A stretch of DNA of 64,000 bases from Phycisphaerales bacterium (GTDB taxonomy: Bacteria > Planctomycetota > Phycisphaerae > Phycisphaerales > UBA1924). How positions within the stretch are numbered: position 1 is the stretch's first letter; each line of letters starts with the position of its first letter. Position numbers and translations under genes: made by a program. The notes beneath the pieces were generated by a model that worked only from the letters and a program-made list of their open reading frames with translations, did not search any database and was not told where the DNA came from. Of the stretch, positions 9,346 to 17,856 are shown in pieces. The stretch covers positions 1,024,001-1,088,000 of the forward strand of contig OZ245777.1 of assembly GCA_965227775.1 (NCBI GenBank), given 5' to 3'.

Positions 9346-10146
9346 CTAGAAGCGAAACTCTAATCCAACCTCCAGCGAAGTCGAGTCCAAGTCCAGCAAG
9401 CGCATCCGTACGTCCGTGTCGTCGTAGAAGTGGATATTGCTGTACGTGCGATACCGGAACATCGCATAGATCGACACCGGCTCGGTCAGTTCGAAGCTGG
9501 CGCCCGCCATCGCCTGCAGGCTCAGCGCGCCGCGAGAGTCGTCGTAGTCGCTCGGGCTGCTGTCGCTAATGGTGAAGATCGATCCGCCGATGCCGCCGCC
9601 GGCGAACACGCTGAACCGCCCGAACTTGACGTCGGGCAGGATGTTCGCAGACAATCCGTACTCGAAGAGATCGCCATCGCCTGCGCGCGGCCCGGCGCCA
9701 AGCCCGTTGCGGTCATACTCGCTATAGCCGAAGATGCCCTCGACCTCGAACCGGATCCCAACGCGCGACCATGGGCCGTCGGCCCAGATTCGATAGCGTC
9801 CGCCGATGGCGAAGCTGGCGATGAGCCCGGGGCTGTCAAAGTCGGCATCGAAGTCCAGCCCGTTGAAGTTCTCGAATCGGGCGCTGCCCCGGTCGGTCGC
9901 ACCAACACCGATGCGGTAATACAGCCACATCTCTTGCTGGGCGATCTCGCGTTGGCGTCGGCTCCAATCAACGTCGTCTTGGGCCGCGCTGCCCGAGGCC
10001 GAGGCCAAGCCAGCGCCGCTACCAAGCACGCCGCCGGCGACCGCCGGTGCAGGCGTGTAGGGCTCGTGGACGAACCGCAAGCCACTGGTCGCCATCGCGC
10101 TCGCTGCGGCCGTCAGCACGCCGGCCATCGCTGCCATCCGTTGCAT
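9346..10146 (-). CDS. Outer-membrane beta-barrel protein (OmpA-like/opacity type)
   Basis: Signal peptide, alternating beta-strand pattern, C-terminal VGLEFRF. Confidence 0.75.
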   Translation of the reverse strand: MQRMAAMAGVLTAAASAMATSGLRFVHEPYTPAPAVAGGVLGSGAGLASASGSAAQDDVDWSRRQREIAQQEMWLYYRIGVGATDRGSARFENFNGLDFDADFDSPGLIASFAIGGRYRIWADGPWSRVGIRFEVEGIFGYSEYDRNGLGAGPRAGDGDLFEYGLSANILPDVKFGRFSVFAGGGIGGSIFTISDSSPSDYDDSRGALSLQAMAGASFELTEPVSIYAMFRYRTYSNIHFYDDTDVRMRLLDLDSTSLEVGLEFRF

Positions 10147-10209
10147 CTCGTGCTCCTCCGGGTGCCGTCGGGCTCCGTCGCCGACAGCGGGCCTGATCCA
10201 TCGCGAATG

Positions 10210-10983
10210 CTAAGCGGTCTGGCCGACCGTCTCTGGTTGGGCTTCGGGCTTGGCTTCGACCTGCCCATTGGCGCGCTCGTGCGTCTTCCGCCCCGTGTCG
10301 ACGATTCCGTACACCTGTCCCAAGACCCGCGAGACACCCTTGCGCTTGCGGGCCAGGCGAGGCTCGAAGCTCGCCCCGTATGCCGTCAAATAATCATGCA
10401 ACGAGCGGGCTTCCCCTCCCGAGTAGTTGTCGATCAGGAGGTGGTAGCGATCCAGCACGGTGTGCAGCCGTGTGAGCACGTACAGCCCCGAGTGAAAGAG
10501 ATCGCCGTCAAGGTGCACCACCGGCGTGCGACCCCGCAGCACCTCTTGCCCCTCGCCGGCAAGCCACGGACACAATGTCTCGTTGAACCAACCGATCTGG
10601 TAGCCAACCCGCGAGTCATCGATATCGGGGGTCTGCCCCTCCACCGAGAAGTACCCGGCCGGCCGCCGCCGCCACTGCTGCGGCAGTCCAACGAACGAGT
10701 CGAACCCAAAGAACCTCGATTCTGGATTCGAGTTCAACGAGACCCAGTGCCGCAGGCTGTGGCCCTCCCAGACGCCAAACTCCATGTACGCCAGGCTCGC
10801 ATCTCGGCCGATCATGTCGGCGATCCGGTTGAAGTACGCGGTCTTGACGACGCCCGACATCGCCTCAGGCGGCGGCTTGAGCAAGGGCGACCGCCGGATG
10901 ACCCCATAGTTGCACCAGGTCTCCATGAGATTGGTGGGGGCGTAGGTCGCCAGGTTCTTGCACAACTCCCGTAAGACGATCAT
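10210..10983 (-). CDS. TylF/MycF-like SAM-dependent O-methyltransferase
   Basis: YMEFGVWEGHS, FGFDSFVGLP, GWFNETL and VHLDGDLFHS motifs. Confidence 0.85.
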   Translation of the reverse strand: MIVLRELCKNLATYAPTNLMETWCNYGVIRRSPLLKPPPEAMSGVVKTAYFNRIADMIGRDASLAYMEFGVWEGHSLRHWVSLNSNPESRFFGFDSFVGLPQQWRRRPAGYFSVEGQTPDIDDSRVGYQIGWFNETLCPWLAGEGQEVLRGRTPVVHLDGDLFHSGLYVLTRLHTVLDRYHLLIDNYSGGEARSLHDYLTAYGASFEPRLARKRKGVSRVLGQVYGIVDTGRKTHERANGQVEAKPEAQPETVGQTA

Positions 10984-11108
10984 GCGTCCTCACTTCCCAG
11001 GTCTCAGTTCGATCTGCTTGCGACGAGGGTAGCCGGGGCAACCCTCGCTGCCGCCCACTTCCCCGCGGCGGTCGACCTTCCACGAGTCCCGCCTTCTATC
11101 ATGACTCC

Positions 11109-12518
11109 ATGGCCTGGACCCCCAAATTCGAAGAGCACGTCCTGTGCAAGCGCATCCCCACGTGGCCCTACGGCGATCCGAAGGACCGCCGTGTTATCGG
11201 CTACGACGAGTACGTCAAGACCGGCGGCTACGAGGGCCTCCGCAAGGCCCTGACCATGAAGCCGGGCGACGTCACCGAGGCCGTCAAGACCTCCATGCTC
11301 CGCGGCCGCGGCGGCGCGGGCTTCCCCACCGGGCTCAAGTGGACCTTCTTGCCCAAGCTCGAAGACGGCAAGGACGGCCTCGAAGATCGCGGTCCACGCT
11401 ACCTGGCCATCAACGCCGACGAGTCCGAGCCGGGCACCTTCAAGGACCGCCTGCTCATGGACTTCGACCCGCACCTGGTGCTCGAAGGCATCGCCATCAC
11501 CTGCTACGCCTGCAGGCTCGACAAGGCGTTCATCTACATCCGCGGCGAGTATCACCACCAGGCCAAGGTGCTCGAGAAGGCCATCCAGGAGGCCTACGAC
11601 AACGGCATCTTCGGCCCCAAGGGCCTGACCAACTCTGGCGCTAACACCGGCGGCACGAAGTTCCAGGTCGACTGCTACGTCCACCGCGGCGCGGGCGCGT
11701 ACATCTGCGGCGAAGAGACCGCGCTGCTCGAGGGCCTCGAAGGAAAGCGCGGCTGGCCACGAATCAAGCCACCCTTCCCCGCGGTCGAGGGCCTGTTCGG
11801 CCGGCCGACCATCATCAACAACGTCGAAACGCTCGCGCACGTCCCGAGCATCATCGAGAACGGCGCCGAGTGGTTCACCAAGCAGGGCGTCGAGTCCAGC
11901 GTCGGCGGCCCGCCCAGCTTCGGCACCAAGCTCATGGGCGTCAGCGGCCATGTCAACCGCCCGGGCGTCTACGAGTTCGAACTCGGCATCCCGCTCAAGA
12001 CCCTCGTCGAAGACTACTGCGGTGGCATGCGCGGCGGCAAGAAGTACAAGGCCGCCATCCCAGGCGGCGTGTCGATGGGCGTGCTCGGCGCCGACCAGTA
12101 CGAGGCCGAGCTCGACTTCGACATCGGCACCAAGTACAACGTGCTGGGCCTGGGCACCGCCGGCCCGACCGTGTTCGACGAAGACACCGACATGGTCGCC
12201 GTCGCCCGCAACATCGCCCGCTTCTACAAGCACGAGAGCTGCGGCCAGTGCACGCCCTGCCGCGAGGGCTCGGGCTGGCTCTACCAGCTCGTCAGCCGCA
12301 TCGAAGACGGCCACGCGAAAACGAAGGACCTCGACATGGCCCTCGAGATCGCGACATCCATGGGCTCCATGCCCGGCACGACGATCTGCGGTCTGGCGGA
12401 CGGCAACAACTGGGCCCTGCGCACTATCATGAACAAGTTCCGCGACGAGTTCGAGAGTCGCGTCAGTCCCAGCCACGTCGCCGTCAAGATGACCATCGGC
12501 GCGGCAGCGCACGGGTAA
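11109..12518 (+). CDS. nuoF: NADH-quinone oxidoreductase subunit F
   Basis: LRGRGGAGFPTGLKW, NADESEPGTFKDR, GAGAYICGEETALLE and ESCGQCTPCREG...C motifs. Confidence 0.95.
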   Translation: MAWTPKFEEHVLCKRIPTWPYGDPKDRRVIGYDEYVKTGGYEGLRKALTMKPGDVTEAVKTSMLRGRGGAGFPTGLKWTFLPKLEDGKDGLEDRGPRYLAINADESEPGTFKDRLLMDFDPHLVLEGIAITCYACRLDKAFIYIRGEYHHQAKVLEKAIQEAYDNGIFGPKGLTNSGANTGGTKFQVDCYVHRGAGAYICGEETALLEGLEGKRGWPRIKPPFPAVEGLFGRPTIINNVETLAHVPSIIENGAEWFTKQGVESSVGGPPSFGTKLMGVSGHVNRPGVYEFELGIPLKTLVEDYCGGMRGGKKYKAAIPGGVSMGVLGADQYEAELDFDIGTKYNVLGLGTAGPTVFDEDTDMVAVARNIARFYKHESCGQCTPCREGSGWLYQLVSRIEDGHAKTKDLDMALEIATSMGSMPGTTICGLADGNNWALRTIMNKFRDEFESRVSPSHVAVKMTIGAAAHG

Positions 12519-12579
12519 GCACGACCAAGTCGGAACACGCGAGTGACATAGGCGTCAAAGATCCTGAGCAACGCCGCTC

Positions 12580-13260
12580 ATGGAGATGCCCATGTCCAGT
12601 GCCTGGCGGCACAACTTCGCACGACTCGGCGATGTTGCGATCGCTGTAGTGGTGTCGGTGCTCCTAACCACAACACTTGTCGTTGTTGGGCTGCGACAGA
12701 TCAACGGCGTCGAGCTGGATGACTTTCAGGTCTGGGGAACCGACGCGGAATATCCGCCGTTCGTTCTCATGAGCGGAACCGAGTCATCCCTTGCCAGCGT
12801 TGCGTTCACACATGTTCCAAACGCGTTTGCCAGCTACGGTGGCGACCTAGTGGAACTCGAGGAGATCCCGTTCGCCTGGCGCCGGCTCTGCAACAAGGAA
12901 CTGCAGCACATCCAGCCGGAGGACTACGACGAGCATACCTCTGGCGCGAGCGTGCGAGCCGGCTGGCCCTTGCAGATTGAGCTTCTCGGAGATCGCACCA
13001 AGGAATGGCCCTGGGAACTCCAAACCTCCTGGCTCGGCGTCACCCTTATCAACGACGGCCAGGACGTCGGCACCATGCCCTACCGCCCGGCCATCCTCCC
13101 GCTGCTGGCCAACATTTTGCTCTTTGCCCTTCCACTTGTGATCCTGCTCGGCCTCACCCGAACCCAGATCGCACTCGTCCGCGCCGCCCGCAACAACTGC
13201 ACCGCCTGCGGCTATCCGCGGCCGAAGACGACGTGCCCGGAGTGCGGCCAGGAACACTGA
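12580..13260 (+). CDS. Membrane protein with C-terminal zinc ribbon
   Basis: Two TM segments, RAGWP motif, C-terminal CTACGY...CPECG. Confidence 0.75.
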   Translation: MEMPMSSAWRHNFARLGDVAIAVVVSVLLTTTLVVVGLRQINGVELDDFQVWGTDAEYPPFVLMSGTESSLASVAFTHVPNAFASYGGDLVELEEIPFAWRRLCNKELQHIQPEDYDEHTSGASVRAGWPLQIELLGDRTKEWPWELQTSWLGVTLINDGQDVGTMPYRPAILPLLANILLFALPLVILLGLTRTQIALVRAARNNCTACGYPRPKTTCPECGQEH

Positions 13261-13262
13261 CC

Positions 13263-13865
13263 TTACCTCTCTGAGCTCGTTTCCGTCGCAAGAACAACCG
13301 TGAAACTCACCCGGCACGCCTCGTCCGTATCCACTGCACCATCCCGCTCGTCCACCCACCGGCTGATGGCCTCCAGCTTCTTCGCCAGTTCCTCGACGTC
13401 CGCTTCGCTTAGCTGCGTGACCGATCGCGTCAGCCGCAGGCCGGCGGGTAGCCGCTCGTCGGCCTTGTCCTTCACCGCCGCCGCGTAGTCCTCGCTCGCA
13501 CGCCGCAGGAACAGGCGGCACACGCGCAGCATCTCGCGCCGCAGCCCGGGCGTGCGCTTGCCCTGCGTCAGGTGCACGTCGTGGGCCTGGATCTCGAACA
13601 GCATCTCCGGCCGCCGCCCCGTGTCGCGCTCGCCAGCCACCCGCACCAGCCCGATCTCGCGCAGCTTGCCCAGGTGGTAGTGCACGCCCTGGGGGGTCTT
13701 GCCGATCTTGTCGGCGATCTCGGCGGCGCTCATGGCCCCGCCCAGCCGCAGTTCCTCGATGATCGCCGCCGAGATCGGCGTGCCGATGGCCCGCAGCTGC
13801 CGCGCCGTTCGGATCTCGTAGGGCTCGGGCCGGCCCTTGCGTGCCTTATTTCCAATATTTGGCAT
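13263..13865 (-). CDS. ArsR-like winged-helix transcriptional regulator
   Basis: MSAAEIADKIGKTPQGVHYHLGKLREIGLV HTH; divergent from the gene at 13947. Confidence 0.82.
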   Translation of the reverse strand: MPNIGNKARKGRPEPYEIRTARQLRAIGTPISAAIIEELRLGGAMSAAEIADKIGKTPQGVHYHLGKLREIGLVRVAGERDTGRRPEMLFEIQAHDVHLTQGKRTPGLRREMLRVCRLFLRRASEDYAAAVKDKADERLPAGLRLTRSVTQLSEADVEELAKKLEAISRWVDERDGAVDTDEACRVSFTVVLATETSSER

Positions 13866-13946
13866 ATTTTTGATTATTAGCGACGGGTCGCCCCCGCGTC
13901 GAGACTCCGTGTGTGGTGCGAACCAATCTCGTTGGAGGACCTCCCC

Positions 13947-15740
13947 ATGCCCGTACGAATGACGCGCCATCTCGCCGTCGCCGCCCTGCTCGCCGCGTCG
14001 ACCCTCTCGCTCGCCCAGGAATCACCCGAGTACCATCTCGAGCGGGCCAGGGCCTACGAGCAGCAATTCGCCGAAGATCCGACAGACGCCCAGGCCGCCT
14101 TCCGCGCCGCGTACGCATGGCACATGGCCGGCGACTACGAACGCGCCATCGCCGCGCACAAGCGAGCCGCGGAGTTCGAGCAGTTCCGCCCCGCCGCGTT
14201 CTATAACCTCGCCTGCGCGCAGGCACTCACGGGCAAGCACGACGACGCGATTATAAGCCTCACTGCCGCCATCGACGCCGGCTTCGACCGCATCGAGTTG
14301 ATGGAAGAAGACAGCGATCTCGATTCGCTGCGTAACCGTGGAGACTTCAAGGCCGCCATCGCCCGCGCACGGAGCATCGCGCAGGGTGCCGACCTCGACG
14401 TGCCCGAACTCACCTGGGACACCATCGACGATCGCATGAAGGCCGAAGAAGTGGCCGGCTTCTCAGGCATCCTGCTCGTCGTGCGCGACGGCAAGATCGC
14501 CCACCACGCCGGCTACGGCTTGGCCGACCGCGACTCGGGTAGAGAGGTAACCCCCGACACCATCTTCGCCATCGGCTCGGTGCCCATCGACTTCACCTTC
14601 GTGAGCATCCTCCAGCTGATCAACGAAGGAAAGCTCAACCGCGACGACCCGATCACCAAGTTCTTCGACAACGTTCCGCAGGACAAGCGCGCGATCACCC
14701 TCGACCACCTCATGTCGGGCGAGTCGGGCCTGCCCGACTTCCACGACTTGCCAACCGACCGCGACCCCGACCACGCGTGGATCGATCGCGACGAAGCGGT
14801 CCGTCGCATCATGAACCAGCAGCTGCTGTTCGAGCCCGGCACCGACTCGCGCCACTCGCACTCGGCGTGGGGCCTGCTCGCCGCCATCCTCGAAGTCGCC
14901 AGTGGCCAGAGCTACCAGGACTACACCCGCGAGCACATCTACGTGCCGGCCAGCATGCCCGACACCGGCTTCAACGGCGACAAGTTGCCCGATGATCGCG
15001 TCGCGATCGGCTATGGCGCTCGCAGCGACGGTCAGACCAACGCCCCGCCCTACTGGGGCCAGACGTCGTGGCTCGTGATGGGCAGCGGGGGCCAGGTCTC
15101 CACCGCCCGAGACCTCAACAACTATCTCAACGCCGTCCACGACGGCACACTCGCCGGTCCAGACGCGGCCCGCACCATGTACGGCGATGCGTCCGGCGTG
15201 GCCAGCGCGGGTGACATGTACGGCTACTCGGTCCGTATGAGCTTTGCGCCCAAGGACCGCTTCATCCTCATCTGCAACAGCGCCGACATGACCCGGTCAG
15301 ACTTTCGACGCCGCTTCAACGCCCTCTCGCAAGACCTCCATGCCCTCACGCGCTCCGCGGCCGACGAGCGCCACGCCGCCACCGCGCTCGCGCCCCAAGA
15401 GCGCGAACGGCGCGCCATGGCCTGGGTCAAGACCGTCGGGCAGCCCGATGCCGACGCGTACGTGCGCATCAATCGCCAGTACCGCCCGCTCGCCGATTCC
15501 GAGGCAGCCCAGGCCGAGCTCGACGCCACCCGCCGCAAGCAGCACGCAGGGTTCTACCGCGACTTCGGTAAGCTCCAGAGCATCCGCGTGCTGACGAACA
15601 CGCCAACGCTGGTCGAGATCGAGGGCCAGAGCCCCAACACCGATGCCTGGATCACCTTCGGATTCACGTTCCAGCCGACCGAGCCCCATCACATCACAGG
15701 GGTGAGCATCGGCATCGATGGGGACGGTGACGACAACTAA
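13947..15740 (+). CDS. Secreted TPR protein with a beta-lactamase-fold domain whose catalytic motifs are degenerate
   Basis: Signal peptide; TPR (AFYNLACAQAL...DSDLDSLR); FSGILLV, LMSGESGL, LLFEPG. SxxK reads SVPI and YxN reads HSH. Confidence 0.82.
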   Translation: MPVRMTRHLAVAALLAASTLSLAQESPEYHLERARAYEQQFAEDPTDAQAAFRAAYAWHMAGDYERAIAAHKRAAEFEQFRPAAFYNLACAQALTGKHDDAIISLTAAIDAGFDRIELMEEDSDLDSLRNRGDFKAAIARARSIAQGADLDVPELTWDTIDDRMKAEEVAGFSGILLVVRDGKIAHHAGYGLADRDSGREVTPDTIFAIGSVPIDFTFVSILQLINEGKLNRDDPITKFFDNVPQDKRAITLDHLMSGESGLPDFHDLPTDRDPDHAWIDRDEAVRRIMNQQLLFEPGTDSRHSHSAWGLLAAILEVASGQSYQDYTREHIYVPASMPDTGFNGDKLPDDRVAIGYGARSDGQTNAPPYWGQTSWLVMGSGGQVSTARDLNNYLNAVHDGTLAGPDAARTMYGDASGVASAGDMYGYSVRMSFAPKDRFILICNSADMTRSDFRRRFNALSQDLHALTRSAADERHAATALAPQERERRAMAWVKTVGQPDADAYVRINRQYRPLADSEAAQAELDATRRKQHAGFYRDFGKLQSIRVLTNTPTLVEIEGQSPNTDAWITFGFTFQPTEPHHITGVSIGIDGDGDDN

Positions 15741-15777
15741 GCAACCCCAGTCGCGGCCGCCCGGTACCATGGTCATC

Positions 15778-16101
15778 ATGGCAAAGCACCCCGAAGGCGC
15801 GTCCAAGAAGCCCGGCCCCCCGCCAGTGCCCAAGCGATCCCCAAAGCCGCGCAAGCAGGCGGCCACGCACGAGATCGTGGCCGATGTCGCCGTCGGGCCC
15901 AACTTGCGCGTGAAGGACAACCTGTTCCAGGCCATCTTCATCCTGGCCAGCATCGCCATCGCCGCCGGCGTTGGCGCGTTCATCGCCCCTGAAGAAGTAG
16001 GCCCTGGGCTCGGAGCCATACTCGGTGGCATCCTGGGCCTCATCGGGGGCGCCCTCATCAGCGGCGGCATCCTGATGGTCTACCGGCTCTTCAGGCACTG
16101 A
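15778..16101 (+). CDS. Small membrane protein (glycine-zipper-like TM segments)
   Basis: GPNLRVKDNLFQA followed by two Gly-rich hydrophobic helices. Confidence 0.7.
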   Translation: MAKHPEGASKKPGPPPVPKRSPKPRKQAATHEIVADVAVGPNLRVKDNLFQAIFILASIAIAAGVGAFIAPEEVGPGLGAILGGILGLIGGALISGGILMVYRLFRH

Positions 16102-16107
16102 GCCGCC

Positions 16108-17094
16108 GTGTTCCTCCGTCGATTCTGGCGCGGGCGCCCGGACGCCACACCCCAGACCGTCGACATGCCCGAGCCGCTGGCTATCGACGTGATCTCGCCG
16201 TTTCTGCGCACCCATCTCGACCTGCCGCACCTCGAGTGGGGGCGCGCGTGGGATCACATCAAAGCGACCGCCAGGGAAGCATCCGATGCCAACGATCTCG
16301 CCGCCGCCATGAGCGCCGGCTGGCTCGACGCCCTCGCCCGAGCCATGCAAGCCAAGTATCACGCACCACTCGAGCGCTGGCGCGATCCGGCCCTCGAGGG
16401 CCTCGGCCCGGCGCCCGATCGAATTCGCCTGGAACGATCAACGGCCAAAGCACTGGCAACTATCGGCCAAGCGCTCGCGCCAATCCGTGGCGAGGTTGAT
16501 GGGCACCCCATCCCGCACATCACAGTCATCGCGGCTCCGACCTTCGGCGCGTACTACGACTTCATCGACGCCTACCACGGCGACGAAGGCGAATTCGCCA
16601 CCTCGGGCGGCGTGTACCTCGGTGCGTCAACGCTCAACCCTCCATCACTCGTGATCAACATCGATCGCTTGGCACTCGAGAACACCATCGCCCATGAGCT
16701 CACCCACCACGCGCTCGCGCCCGCCAACGATGATTCCGGCCGGCTTCCGCTCTGGGCCGAAGAAGGCCTTACGCAGATGATGGAAGAGCGCGTCACGAAC
16801 CAATCGCACTTCCTATTCAGTCGCGAGACACTCCAGCGACACCAGAAGCTCTGGTCATCAATCGGGTTCGAGGGCTTCGTCGGCGGGAGGTCGTTTCACT
16901 CACCCCACGACGACCACCAGGAGCTCTCGTACAACCTTGCCGAAGCCGTCACACGCTCCTTGCTCGAAGCGCGGCCGGCCGAGTTCTTCGCCTTCGCCCG
17001 TGCGTGCTGCGCGGGCCAAGAACCCGAGGACGCGTGCGTGGCCCACCTCGGCGTCTCGCAAGCAGAGCTCATGACCAGCTTCCTCCGACTTTGA
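16108..17094 (+). CDS. Zinc metallopeptidase-like protein (gluzincin/MA clan)
   Basis: AHELTHH...LPLWAEEGLTQ. Confidence 0.72.
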   Translation: MFLRRFWRGRPDATPQTVDMPEPLAIDVISPFLRTHLDLPHLEWGRAWDHIKATAREASDANDLAAAMSAGWLDALARAMQAKYHAPLERWRDPALEGLGPAPDRIRLERSTAKALATIGQALAPIRGEVDGHPIPHITVIAAPTFGAYYDFIDAYHGDEGEFATSGGVYLGASTLNPPSLVINIDRLALENTIAHELTHHALAPANDDSGRLPLWAEEGLTQMMEERVTNQSHFLFSRETLQRHQKLWSSIGFEGFVGGRSFHSPHDDHQELSYNLAEAVTRSLLEARPAEFFAFARACCAGQEPEDACVAHLGVSQAELMTSFLRL

Positions 17095-17130
17095 GAGCCC
17101 TCCAGAGGCCTGCGACTACTGTTCTCCACC

Positions 17131-17769
17131 ATGGCCGCCGCCGTCCGCACCGCCGCGTTCGCCCTCGTCGCCATCAGCTCCGTCGGCGTCGCCGGATATG
17201 CGCTCTATGCCTACACGCTCGTGCCACTTGGTGATCTCGTCCATTCGGACATGAAGGCCGCGTTCAACGCAAACAAGCTGACCATCTACGCGCACATCTT
17301 CGGCTCCGTCTTTGCCCTACTGCTCGGCCCATGGCAGTTCGTGCCATCACTTCGCGCTCGATTACCGAAGCTCCACCGCATCTCGGGCCGCCTCTACCTC
17401 GGCATCGGGGTCGGCGTCGGTGGCGTGGCCGGCTTCTTCGCCGCCCTCAATGCCTCTGGCGGCTGGTCAAGCCAGATTGGCTTCGCACTGCTCGCCATCA
17501 CGTGGCTCTTCACAGGTGTCATGGCGTTCGCGAGTATCCGCGCCGGCGACGCCAACGCCCACCGCCGATGGATGATCCGGAACTTCGCGCTCGCGCTCGC
17601 CGCCGTCACGCTCCGCATCCAGCTCGGCCTCTTCACGGTCGCCGGCGTCCAGTTCGAGACCTTCTACCCCTGGCTCGCGTGGATCAGCTGGCTGCCGAAC
17701 CTGGTACTTGCCGAGTTGCTCGTGCGTGCGCCCGGGCGGCACAACAGCAAGACTCCCGCCCCCGCCTGA
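17131..17769 (+). CDS. DUF2306-like membrane protein
   Basis: YAHIFG, LHRISGRLY, HRRWMIRNFALALAAVTLR and WLPNLVLAE motifs. Confidence 0.85.
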   Translation: MAAAVRTAAFALVAISSVGVAGYALYAYTLVPLGDLVHSDMKAAFNANKLTIYAHIFGSVFALLLGPWQFVPSLRARLPKLHRISGRLYLGIGVGVGGVAGFFAALNASGGWSSQIGFALLAITWLFTGVMAFASIRAGDANAHRRWMIRNFALALAAVTLRIQLGLFTVAGVQFETFYPWLAWISWLPNLVLAELLVRAPGRHNSKTPAPA

Positions 17770-17856
17770 CAATCGGCGTCGAAACTAGGGGAACGCCTCG
17801 CAACCCCCGCTCGTACCATCTGGTATCCGAGCGTTCTCCAGCCGGGGGTATACAAG

